From Iphione sp. A-MEVVRFRX5 (lineage: Eukaryota), in contig OZ320313.1 in the NCBI GenBank assembly GCA_976226885.1, positions 159,836,001 through 159,900,000 of the forward strand: a DNA stretch of 64,000 nucleotides, in the 5' to 3' direction. Below the pieces are notes generated by a model. It saw only the letters and a program-made list of their open reading frames with translations, was not told the DNA's origin and made no database searches. Positions 12,811 to 25,295 of this stretch are shown in pieces. The stretch's first letter is position 1. Every line of letters begins with the position of its first letter. A program made the position numbers and the translations under genes.

Positions 12811-14877
12811 ATAGGTAAGGGTTGTTTTTTGTGGACAACTTAGGGAAACTCCACAGACTGTCAAAGGACCAAGGAATAGAGAAGAATCTTATGATTCGAT
12901 CATGCATTGAAAACAACTGGAACAGTTTGCAGGGTTGGACCAGGGTAGATCACCGAGCTAATAACATCAAACAAACAGCATCAATAACTGTTCCTTACAT
13001 TTTGTGAAAGTGCAGACAGACCATAGGTTGAAAGACATCTTTTGAAAAAAGAAGGAAAGGGTAAATCTTAAAAAATGGCTTTCATTGCCAACTATATTTC
13101 ATCAGTTAGTCATTGATGAAATAGATCCCCGCAACTTCTTTCACTGATGTTGGTCGTTCAGGTTTCTTTATTTTTTGGCGAAACGTCCTGCATGACCTGT
13201 TCGAAGTGTTATATATAACGACAACAGAACAACGGAACACTACGGAACAGAAACTGTTCATTCGGTCGTGTCACCTGTCGCTTGAGTGTCGGGTTTGCTA
13301 ACGCTCGAGACTGCTAGTCGCTTAATGCTTTCCTCTCATAGGCATCGAACACGCCGTTTTTGTCTGACGAAAAGTTTCCTTTTTGTATGACAGCTACTGT
13401 TGATATTTTATATCGCACTCGTAAAAGTGATCTCCCTACATCCCGAAGTCTGTCTAGGGAAGATGTACACCTCCGCTAAATAATGTCTTCGTTATGTGCA
13501 AAGCCGCCCATAAATAACGTGTATACATGTACATGTATGTATAATCACATGAATAGCATTGTCTAGCACTTCTGAATATTTTTATTTGGCCGCTGGGTAA
13601 AACGATGCATTTCGGTACTCCCGATTGTTTTATGAATTGGCAATTGTGGGATGGGAATTCCAGCGGAACAAAAATCTGATAGGTATAATACGTGAGCGTT
13701 GACTTTAGCCTAGGCGTAAATCCAATACATGTACACGTTGTTCTCTAGGCCATGAGGCTAAACAATAGAAAGTTTACATTCAGAACTGGCTAAGACTGCA
13801 TGGCATGAGGAAGACAATGCAACTGTTAAGTACTAAATGTTTAACTTGACATTTGCTGCGTGGATTTAATCTAAATTGAATGAGATAGCGCCGGCTAACA
13901 TTTGCCGTCTTTCTGTCTAACAACATGACATTCAGATATATTGATTTTAAGTATCCAAAGCTAGACGCTTCTTGGACGCCTCTCACTTGCTGACCTGTTG
14001 TAAGCCGTTGAAAAGTATGCTTAAGGTAATACATGGGACTTATTTCATCACATTGAATAGTTCACTTCATATGATAAAAATGATTTCTGATGTTGATGGA
14101 ATAGTGATTTCTATGTTATCAATATTAAATTTGCAGGTATCAGGCAAATCTTTTGCAAAATCAAGATGATGGCATTGTCCTATTTGCGAGCTCAAATATC
14201 ACGTATGTGGGCGTTCTGGTCAATGTCTCATGTGTAGAAGTCATGTCGTCAAGAATTACATTTATACTCCAAAATGTTTTTGAGCTGCAAAGTATAAATC
14301 TTAAGAATGAGATGATCTCCCTAGATACACCATACTGAAATCATATGGATGCCTCATGCTTAAGATGGTTGTGGGAACTGCTTGGCAGAAAGAGGGTGAC
14401 GTATACATGTAGCTATATAGCGAATGGAATCCGAGATCATTTGTCTAATTCCTGTATGTCTTGTTCTGTTGACAGGCTGTGGTATGCATATCTACTGTTT
14501 CATCCAGTAATAATGATTTTCAATACATTGACACAGTTTTGCTTTTCCTAAATTATGCCTTTCTCATGAGTCTATGGACGGCCATTATTTGCAATTTTTA
14601 TACTAGAATATAACGGGTTGGGATGCAATAACTAGCTGCAAATACAACAAAGTTTCCGTTAAAGTGGTTTACGTGAAATGCAATAAAAGAAACCTATTCA
14701 AGTACCACTTCCATCTCTTGACATGCTATTAGAGAACACTCAATTGTATGATTGATTTATTCACATATGATGTCGCGAGTGAAAATCTTTTATCAGTAAT
14801 TGATGGCTCAACAGAAAGATAGATTGCAGGGTGTTTCAGTCTTTTATGCAAATCACCAGATACTAAGGGTTAGTCTG

Positions 14878-15060
14878 TACAATAGAAAGAGACCTTTAGG
14901 GACATGCCTCCAATAAGGACATGCTTCCAATGGGACACCTTTGTCAAGAATGGACTGTTCTATCTCTATAGTAAAAGAGGTCTTCAATAGGGAAATATCT
15001 CAATTAGAGACAGTTTGAGAAAGAATAAAGCCGTGTCCCAATTAGAGGCTTTGTACTGTA
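14878..15060. mobile_element. Degenerate MITE-like element (Tc1/mariner type, TA-flanked)
   Basis: Left end TACAATAGAAAGAGACCTTTAGGGACA resembles the reverse complement of the right end, TACAGTACAAAGCCTCTAATTGGGACA. The internal motif CCAAT(A/G)..GGACA is reiterated. Confidence 0.55.
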
Positions 15061-17125
15061 TTCATCTTCCGGGCCTTGTGTAATAGAACATTTCTTTACC
15101 AGTTAACCTCACGGGGCCAATTGTATTAGCTACGCAAAAAATGGGTCTAATTTGATACATCTGGGGGTTAATAAATTGTTTTGATATTAGATTTTAGTTT
15201 AGTTGATGAGATGGGAATTATTTTGGAACCATTTTAAGATCTATCGACTTGAACTCTCTATAAAGCTCTTTCGAATTTGAAATTTAAAGGTATTTATTCA
15301 CTTCTCGCTGTAGAAGTACACTGAGTTCTTCCAATGAATTCAACGCCAGAATTTTGTAAACTCTGTTTTTGGTGATGATTCCTTCTAGCAATTTGCTTCT
15401 TACTTTTGAACTTTTTAGTGGAGCCTCGTTAACCTATAAACTGCACATCTTCAACATCTCAGTTCTAAGTACGTACCTCAAATACATTTGATTTCTGTTG
15501 CATGAATCAGAATCATGCTTACTACTCTGTCTTGTGTGGCGTGCAATTGTAATGCGTGTATATGTATTACTAGATCCAGGCATCTAAATATCAAACCTCC
15601 AAGGTTGCTTGTATAGGAAAAAATACCAAAATAAGAAAAACACCCCTCATAGAGGCCATTTGTAATATCTATACGTGATGCCAAAAGCGATGGAGATTTT
15701 CATTTAGATAAACCTTCTTACCAATCACATAATTCGGCAAGTCAATAAATCTGTGCAAATCATCCTCATGAAAGGAAACGGGATTTCGTCAGTAAATGCA
15801 TGTACCTAAGAAACGATTATATGTTGTCACTCAATGAAGGACGGGTATGTTAAAAAACAACATCTGCTAAATATTGCCGTAGACTAATGTTAGTCAAGTA
15901 CAAGTACAGCAAGTTAGAAAAATGTGTCCGAACCGTTTCTAATGTATGGTGTTACGTCCATAAAATAGAAGGAAAAACTGAATGGAAGAATCAAGGGTCA
16001 TTCGCGTCAAATTTGCAAGAATTCTAAATATCAACCGCTATATTTGTTCAGTGTTAACGTCGGGAGCAATATCCTTCAGAATCATCGTGTTGGGAATTTG
16101 GCCAATTCTTTCGGTAGCGACTTAACATCGTCACACATACAGCTTTTCATCAGAGTCGAATCTCTAGATACTAAACCGATGTCAAGCAGATTGCCTTGCT
16201 TAATGTTATAGGAAGGAAGACTTTCAAGGCATACACTCGCCAAAAGAAATCCTGATGAAGCCGTATAGTGCTAGTCAGAGCACGGACTCTCAGCATACTG
16301 TACCCGGGAGTCTAAAGTAGCAGTACGCGCACTCTGTACGTGTCATAAATACATTATCCTGTCTCGGAATCCCCATGTCTCCTAAGAGGAAATCAGAGTT
16401 TGCACTTTGATGTCATACAAATATAATCAGGAGTATTACACAAGTAGGATCTGAACCCTACACTACATTGACTGCCTAGAGAGGCGTTTTCAATTTGCCA
16501 ACCCCATCGTCCTTTTCAAAATTGTCACAGGAGTTTAGTAACTTGTTTCAAGTTCAAGTTTGAAGACAATTCATGCCGTGTCAACATATCCTTATAAATG
16601 TGTGCGTTCCAAATTCACGTCTCTTCATCACCCTTGCCTGAGCAAACGAACATTTTTACCTGGTGGGAATCTTATGACAGCACTGCAGTTCCATTTTGCT
16701 AATGTGAAAAACCTTTTCACGACAACTTAGTTGCATAGGCTCCAAGACAGCCTTTACAAATGTAACGTGGTCCTGGTCCAGTGACAATGAACTACGGTTC
16801 AGCTAGGAATAAAGAACTTGGACACATAAAATATCGGGTTCTCTCCATGTGCAAAACTCTGCTGGATGTCTAGGAGAGAGTGTCTGTTTATTCAAGAAAC
16901 ATCAACCTTTATACAGAGGAACCTCGTCTTCCGTAGCCCCGTTATTTGTATTGTCGCCCCAACTGGAACGATTTCAAATTACCAAGCATTTTTCTATATT
17001 AAATTGACTAATTAACTGGTAACTCACATTCCGTATTTGTACACTATTTAGCTGCATTTTAGAGCATTTAACAGAGAGAAATGACACCAGCATCTGGACA
17101 AGGGAGAACAAAGGAACCATCAGAG

Positions 17126-17274
17126 CAGGCCAAAACCTCCTAAATGTAGGAACAGCAAAGCGCAGAGCAACTATCAGAGGTTAAAAGTCAAATACAGCCT
17201 TGCAAAACAATTATATAACAGCAATATGCAGGCCAGACCCTCCTAAAGGAAGAGACAACAGAGTGCAGAGAACA
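17126..17274. repeat. Degenerate ~47-bp direct repeat with ~100-bp period
   Basis: GCAGGCCAAAACCTCCTAAATG...GCGCAGAGCAAC versus GCAGGCCAGACCCTCCTAAAGG...GTGCAGAGAAC. Confidence 0.6.
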
Positions 17275-17294
17275 AAGAAATAATAGATTCTCCC

Positions 17295-17466
17295 TGAATT
17301 TGCCGTTTTTGTTACTTTCTCCTTGAAATTTGCCGTTTTTTGACACTTTCTCCATGGAACATGCCTCAATCTCCATGAATTTTGCCGTTTTTTGTTACTT
17401 TCTCCTTGAAATTTGCCGTTTTTGACACTTTCTCCATGGAACATGCCTCAATCTCCATGAATTTTG
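17295..17466. repeat. Tandem duplication of an ~82-bp unit, each holding two ~30-bp AATTTGCCGTTTTT...TTTCTCC sub-repeats
   Basis: Units 17295-17375 and 17376-17458 are near-identical, followed by a partial third start. Confidence 0.95.
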
Positions 17467-17749
17467 TGGTTCCCATATTTTACCATTATGACAGTTTTCC
17501 CCACCAGGAGACGCATAGTCGCTGTTTCGTACTCCGTATTAATCAGTATCCGTACAAAATATCCCATTCCGGTGGTCGTCCAGAAGACGAGGTTTGACTG
17601 TATATAGTAACAACTACACAACAATGTCTATTTATAGTAACAAGTTACATAACCGTATGTTGTCCTCTAAAGTCGTTCCATTCCAAAACATGCTTGAAGA
17701 GGTTTCTGGAATTCCAGAATATCGAAATACTGGAAATATTCCAATATCC

Positions 17750-17932
17750 TGCAGTGGAACTGCTATTTGCGACCACTGCTTGGGTCCCACCAAAAGTGGT
17801 CACATAAGCAATTTTGGTCACAAATTAATCAATATTTATATAGTATTTGACACTCTGGGTCCCACTTCAGGTGGTCCCATTGGTGAAAATGGTCGCACAT
17901 TGGAGTGGAGGAAAATAGCGTTTCCACTCTAC
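17750..17932. mobile_element. Degenerate MITE-like element
   Basis: Terminal inverted repeats CAGTGGAACTGCTATTT and (reverse complement) GAGTGGAAACGCTATTT. Internal GGGTCCCAC..GTGGTC occurs twice. Confidence 0.6.
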
Positions 17933-18725
17933 TTATAACACACTTTCAATTCAGCGATCATTAGGGTTATGACCTAGCTCTGCTGCATGATGTATGCTAT
18001 TACCATCCCACCACCATATATTGCAGGACTAACAACCTACTGAGCAATTTGATATATTGAAGGATAAGGCGAACTTGACGGAGAAATATTTCATTTCACC
18101 TTGCAACCTTGATAGCTTATACCGAATGTTCACGAAACGAAACGATCAATAAGCAACAATGATAATTTTATGAAATTAAGGCGGTCTATACACTGACGTC
18201 TGTGAAAAAGTGCATATAATCTTAACTTCTAAGGAGTCCTATATTTGTGCAATGGTACACAACATTTCTATTCTACATTTAATTGATAGATCAAGTAAAA
18301 GCCGTAAAATTGACAGCATTTCTATTTAAACCATTGTAATTTCCCTCACCACTCCAATCACCTCATTACTTCAGCCAACTGAGTATGGAACCATAGCTGA
18401 TCGGATTAGTGAGGTTTCACTCTATCTTATTATTGCATCTAATCGCCAGCATTTTCTAACATAGTCATGAATCACTTTAAGACAATTCAGTGAGGCTATT
18501 TCCTTGTCAACACCCTGAATCAATTATAAAAGAAACCCATTGGCTTGTTGGAAAATCAATATATATGTATTGAGTTTTCTCTACCAGCAGTTGGATAATG
18601 ATGATTTTGTAGTGCCCACTAAGCTGTACAAATTCTTTAAGATCCGCCATCGTGTGTGAATACTTAGAACTGTCACACAGCAAGTGAAATTTTGTCCCAT
18701 TTCGGGGTTAAACAAGGTAAGAGGG

Positions 18726-18778
18726 TTCACTGGCGACCTGACTTCACTGACGACTTGACTTCACTGGCGACATGACTT
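18726..18778. repeat. 17-bp minisatellite, 3 copies (TTCACTGRCGACHTGAC)
   Basis: ttcactggcgacctgac ttcactgacgacttgac ttcactggcgacatgac. Confidence 0.95.
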
Positions 18779-19704
18779 AACAAATTTCATGATTTCCTCT
18801 GAATACTAATAAAAACATCCTTAGTTAATGTTTGTTCCTCAAAATTCACATTATATGGTCGCCCAGTGGCATATGGTATACGTTGCCATGTGCTCCCTCT
18901 AATTTCTAACTTGACAATACATTACTACACCAAAATAGTTCACTAAAACGTATGAGTGTTAGATGTGATTTTTATGTACATGTAGTCCTTGTTACTTTAT
19001 AAAGGTACTCTAATCGTTCAATTGTCCTCTTCAGATGTCCTCTTCAAATGTCCAGAACTCCTACCCAATTCTGGTCAGGGCTTTTACATGATTGTTACTA
19101 ATCCAGAACAGTTACCACACCAGTTATCATATCTTTGTGACACATTTTAGTGTAGCCTTATACTGTCACAAGTTATGGTAGTGATTTGCAGTATAAGAAT
19201 ATATTACTAGGTAAGCACATCTAAGTTCTTGGATATGTAGTCTGGCATAAATGAATACAGGCGGAGAAAACATGCGATCTGTCAAATTCGATAGACGGGA
19301 AGCTCACAGTATAAGTAATCAACTCTATCTGCAAGCCTCATATACTGTATACCCTGTATTCAGGATAAGCTTAATACCTGTTTCTACATGCCCTTCTTCA
19401 GTGTCCCTGCTGCCACTCTGACCTTCTGGGTCCCAGCTTCAGTGACCCCCCTCTCGCCTCCTACATGTGCACAGAAGTGACAGGGGAGCTAGAAAGGAGG
19501 GAACCTGGCTCCCCTAGGGTGGTTTGGCTTGGGAGATAACGCAGCGCACCCTTCTCTATTAAGTTTATTTTTCTACAGTTTCGTCAGTTAAACTCTGATT
19601 CCGAAATTAAAACCGAGTAAGGGTCATTCAACATGTAGCAGTTCATATCACACCAAGTAAACATGCATATATGTATATATACATGAGGATTTTATTGTTC
19701 TAAG

Positions 19705-19893
19705 TACAGCTGAAACTTGTGTAAGAGACCAACTTTAGGACTGGAGGATTTTGGTCTCTTCCCAGGGTTGGTCTCCCTACAATGTGATAACTGATGTGGA
19801 CAGACAGTTTGGAACTGTAGCATCTGGAGCATTTTGACCTCATTCCTGGGTTGGTTCCCCTGTGAGTTGGTCTTTAAGAGGATGTCGATTGTA
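19705..19893. mobile_element. Degenerate MITE-like element (TA-flanked)
   Basis: Imperfect ~28-bp TIRs: TACAGCTGAAACTTGTGTAAGAGACCAAC versus reverse complement TACAATCGACATCCTCTTAAAGACCAAC. Internal TTGGTCTC/TTGGTCTT motifs. Confidence 0.65.
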
Positions 19894-22800
19894 ATTTATG
19901 TTTCAGATAAAGCACTGGTTGATGTATTGTAGCTTATTATTGACTTAGCACCTGACTGAAGTGAAATATTCGTTCAGCCTTCCTTGTTACATTCAAGCGT
20001 CTCGATCTATCTTCTCGAATTAAATATTGCAGATGCATTTAGCCTTAGTCTCCATCAGGAGCGCAGCGGAGGATGTCAATACAGAAAGCATATTATTTTT
20101 CCATCAACTTGACACAATCAAGTGGATAACTGATACAATTACTTTTTGATTATGACTTTTAATAACCAGTTTGGAGCCACTGCAGCGAAGTATTCCTAAT
20201 GTGTATTCCTTATACCAATATTCACCCTTAAAACCACACTTTCACTTTCGAGGATTGATAAAGTGACGTACGGGAATTAGCTCGAGAGATGTGTCATGCA
20301 AATAAGATGGTGGTCTCCTCGACAAAATTGAGTTAGAATGTTGCTCGTCGCTGCACCAGCGCCCAAAATGATTCAATTATTCAAGGTGTCGAGGATTTTT
20401 CTCCGAGGTGAATCCTCTGTATTGGTGGCTATGAGTAATACCGTCTTCGCCCTCTCGAGCATGCCCACCGACGTACCACGACCTACCATACGGATGAAAT
20501 CTTGGAGGCAGCTGCATTTCGCCCTGAACAACACCCATACTCAGGAGGAGAACATTAGAGGAGGTGCAAAGTGAATTTCACGTAAATGCTCGCCTGTACA
20601 GAAAGGCAAGTAGGCGCGGGGAGGGGCTACCCTGGTTTTGTTTCTCGGAATGCCAGTGTGAAATATTCCCTCTGCAAATTCCAGCCTAACCCTTGCACAA
20701 GCTCTGTGTGTTATGTGGGATCTCGGGGTCTAGCGGGAGCTTCCTAAGTGAATTATTGTGATCCGAGGTAGGACTGCCCACAATGGCCACACTCTGTTCA
20801 CTGTGACATTATTTTCTCAACAAACACCAGCTAAGATGCAGGTAAAAAAAAGCCTGAGTACTGTTTTGACATGCTCTAGAAAAATAGGAGGTGCTGACGA
20901 ACGCGTTATAATTCAATCGACAATGTTTTCGTGCTTCCTCCTGCGGTGTATGTACATATTCGAAACTAATACAGACTGTGGATGATGCAGATTTCATAAC
21001 TGATTGATAGACTTGTGGTCGAGGTTATATCAAACCAGCTTAAATTGAAAAATCCTGAGACAGTACTCTGCCAACCTGTCCTCGTTTTGTACATGACAAG
21101 GTTCGTCGAAAGAATAGTCCTTATATTCTATTATTAACTTCAACAGTGCTAGAAAAATGCTACGCATCAGCCCAGGATGTATCAGTACGGAATATACATT
21201 AGTGAAAGTGAATTGGATATAGGTAGAAGAAGGAGAAAAGAAGAAAACTTTTCAAAAATGAATCATTTTTATGAAAAAAGCAAAATCTAGTAAAACGTTA
21301 AAGTATTTAAAGACTGTTTTAGTATAAGCACAATAACTACTCATACAATAGGTGTAATCTTTTATGATGTCTACAAATTTTCGTCTCTATGCATCTTTCA
21401 AAGTTAAATGGGGATGCCATGGTAACGATGATGCGATCAGAGGAATAAATCATAGTAGAGCAGTAAAATCACAGTAAAGCTACGCATATGAATAATTATC
21501 AATATATACGGACTCTTTCTTGTCTGGTGCTTACCATGCCTGCTTCTGTGCTAAGAATATAGTCATTTGAATGTGAAAATGTTGGAATAGTTTTTCAATT
21601 TTTATGCAGAAAAATATGTTTTAAATGATTTTTTTAACCGATTAAGAAAAAAAGTCTCATTCATAGAATATGTTACAATGTTTATCACAGTGCCAAAGAA
21701 AACATTATGACAAGTATCATCACAAACAGAACATTCCAACATTTTTAGAATGTTCTAAGAACATAAACGTGTTGGCTGCTTATATTCCATGCCACAGAAC
21801 AGAAGAAAGACCCGGTGCTGAGAAAAATGCTTTCAATTCTTGCTTTAATCCGTTGGACCGTGATTTTCATAATCATATTCAACAGGGTAGGCTACACTAA
21901 TATTTATACAAAACCACAAGAGTGTCCTTGGATATGTGGACCCGTAGCTGAAGGCTCCTGACATCGAGACGAGCACTTATTCTCTCTGACTGACTTAATC
22001 CATAATTACACAAAATGACGATAATTCTCCTGGAAACTGCTCCAGACGGACGATCAATCACGGGTAATGAAGACCTGCCATAGAATGTAACAGTTAAGGA
22101 ACATCTGTGAAAAGAATGATTCCCACGTTTATCCAGCATGTAGTCAGCAGGACACAAGATCAAGGCCTGGGAGCCAGCCTTCAGAGCCAAATTTAGATCC
22201 GGTGATTGCGGGATTCGCAATGCTTTCTACTTGATGTATGCTTTCCCTTGGGGGGAAAAACATCATGTCAACTTTAAAATAACGATCAAGAGGGACAGGA
22301 GTTTCCGTGTTTGACTAGCATTTCATATTTAATGGCCTTGATAACGACGCACACTAATCATGCCATAGATTATCAAATACAACAAACCAATATTTGCACA
22401 TATGCAAAGCAGCTATGGAATTATTATAGACATTCTGCTTTGTCAGCTTATTGGTTCAAAATGTAGGTGATCTGCCACACTTTATGTGAACCTTTGGGTA
22501 ACGCTCTAAACATGCGTTGTCATCCGTATTTCACAACTGAAATACATTGATCACGGTAGTAAGGGAAAGCATAACGGGCGGACGGGATGAAACGGTAAAA
22601 GAATACGTCGTGTAATGTATCCTCTCAGATCAAATAACCTAACTATTGTCAAGTTACCAGAAAGTAATGCGCACGATTATATGCCCATGGGGATAATTCT
22701 CACTGGATTGAATCTCCTTCAAGCTCCGTTCAACAGAGAAGGGCACCAGCAAGGAGAAAACAGAAATGAAAACAGAGACTTCAAGGAAATAGTTATCCCA

Positions 22801-25171
22801 AAAAGTGCGGAATGTCATCCTCCCATGAGACCCGGGGGGGGGGGTTACCAACTTACTTCTACTAAACTACCGGACCTCTGGTTCATCAGAGCTCGGTGGC
22901 ATTGCTTTGGATACCGGAATACTTCTGTGATAAACAATATATACATATACATAAATAATAAACACATGTACATATATATATGAACAGTGGACCAACCACT
23001 CGGGGTATCGAAGACAGGGATCAACCTTAGACTTAGGTCACTTTTAGCTGAATGAGCGTCACATTTTGGGTACACAATCTTAGACACCGACCATAAGAGA
23101 ATGATACGCATTACTTTTGGTGCCAATGGCACACTATAGTGCCATTTTTTCAGCATTGCAAATATACAATATGGCACATATAGTATTGCTGGTAAAGAAT
23201 GGGACTATGCTGGCAATCTGCACTGCCAATGTGTTATTATTTTTTGTGAAGGCTGTACATAGAGATACAACAGTATACAATTTATATCGTGATAAATTAT
23301 GTCTCTATATATCTCATCTTCACTAGTAGCTGATTCAGGAACGCTTTCTGGATACCACTCATAATACGATTAAATATAACCGAATTTTATTACCATTTAT
23401 AATTTTATACACCTGACGTTTTCATGCATAGGTATACGTCTACATACAGTTATATACGATTGTATACATCAATTATATTTATACACATGTAGAAGTCGCG
23501 AGCCCATTGGTTCCCAGTGAAAGTGTCCTCAGTCCTGCGTGGTATCGTTTACATTCTTAGACATTCAATCGAAAATAACAGTCCTGCATATTACGTAAAA
23601 AACATAATTAAATAAAGTAAAGCACTTTTAAACAGTCTTTAACTGCAACTTTATCTATTGTAACACTCAGGAATTTCCTAACTACATGTTAAACTTTTAA
23701 ACTCAAAGTAACCAGCATGATCCTATTCAGTGACACTGAAGGTCCCGCTATAAACATGGAGAGGGAAAGGTTCACATTACCTTGAATTATAAATTGATTA
23801 TGTGAATTTAATGTTAACTAAACTTTAATGGCGTTAATACGTGGAGATCGATAGTCAACATTTGTTTATGGGATTCGTGAGACCCATCACTGGAACAGAA
23901 TCGGAGGTCCTATTGAAAGGGCTGAGGACTAATTTCTGCTTTCAGCTGAAGACGCTGAAGGATTTGGAAAAGCCTTATTTGTGAACTCCTATTTCTCTTC
24001 ATGCCCACTAAGATGTGTATCCTCCAGAACAAGTAAATGTAATTAACTTGTGGTTATTAATGCTAGTGTTTTAAATTGTTATTTTCGAAATAAAGGAGTC
24101 AAGGCCTACCAAATGTAAACTATATGCTTTATATTGGGTATATGGCTGTAACATGGGAGAAAATTCACTGGCTCCATCCGTATGCCAACTATGCGATACA
24201 GATGACCTACAAGTCGGGTGTGTGGTACCGAAATGACATCTCTTTTGAATTTAAGAAGGAAGAGGAAAAAAGCCTTCACATTGGGCGACTTGTAATGAGA
24301 CAGCAATAACATGCTATGCTCCCACAGGTCCATATGAAAAGAGATGTTTTGCAGCGTTCAGGGATCATAAATGTCCTATATTGAAACACCAAACTTTCAT
24401 CAAAGGAGATGTAGAGGAATACGTTTCAATCCGATGCACAAGAATATGTCAGTGAACATATTAATCTATACATCATCTAACGTGATTGCCTTTGGAAGGA
24501 AATCTATACTGCGTTGAAGTATACGAACTAAATTTTTTTTATAATTCAATACATTTACAAATATTTTCAGGTAACGAAAACTATGTAATAAAGATACAAT
24601 GCATATAATACTCCATACCATGCATGCTTCGGTTATAAATATATACGTACACACTTGAATCCTGAAAAATTCAATTTTTATCAGAAATACAAGATGTGAC
24701 CTGAATACCGAGTGCTTGTATGTATGCTTATTGGATTTGCCTTATCATGAGAATATACTGGTACATGTCCATGTGTGTGGAATGTGTGCACAGTGTGCCG
24801 GGAATCCATGCTGAATGCTTGCTTTAAATAAGCAATGTCCTTTCATATAGACTGTTGAATTGCATATCATTAGTATAAAACCATACACCTTTCACAGTTG
24901 TGGCACAGATCTAATACATTTAAGGAAATATCCTACGATTTCAGCAGTTATGGCTAATATTCAAGGAAATTTAAGCAAAAAACATGTATACAGTCATGGA
25001 AACATACTATGCAGAAAGCCGTGAGGACACATGCATGCATGTACCAAAACAGTATCCATGAAAATATAACCTGACAATGAAATTTAACTGAAAGAGAACT
25101 GACCAATCAACAAAGCATCCTCTCGTGTTGTCTGACTTTGCACCGGTGCAGCCAGACACAACTGTAGGAGT

Positions 25172-25295
25172 CAAACTCGTTCCCGCAGTTTCCTGTTACT
25201 GGATAATGCCCCAATGACCCTGAGGCAGAGAGGAACAGTCCGGCAAGGTTGGCTTTGTTGTACCCGTCCCGGCGGCTGACAGATCTGGCTTTCCG
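25172..25295 (+). pseudogene. Possible decayed mariner/pogo transposase fragment (second catalytic Asp region)
   Basis: RSRSFLLLDNAP...GW, then 29 nt (30 expected, so one deletion), then GAT CTG GCT (DLA). This resembles the mariner pattern DNAP..H...W..LPHPPYSPDLA. The match does not continue downstream. Confidence 0.35.

Noticed and set aside
16253-16300. CTGATGA hammerhead-ribozyme core candidates (also ~10340, ~39084)
   Set aside because: No stem II closed by GAAA.
17960-17970. TTAGGG telomere-like motifs (also ~8368, ~32229)
   Set aside because: Single copies only, no array.
17295-18778. Tandem repeats as a CRISPR array
   Set aside because: The units are adjacent with no unique spacers, there are no cas genes, and the context is eukaryotic.
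19346-19633. LTR-like segment (TG start, CAACA end, ATTAAA)
   Set aside because: No TSD for any boundary tried, and the TATA/poly(A) signals are weak.
22191-22211. PQSPDLN (Tc1 transposase WP.QSPDLNPIE-like) on the minus strand
   Set aside because: The flanking residues do not continue the motif (no preceding W, no PIE.LW) in any frame I checked.
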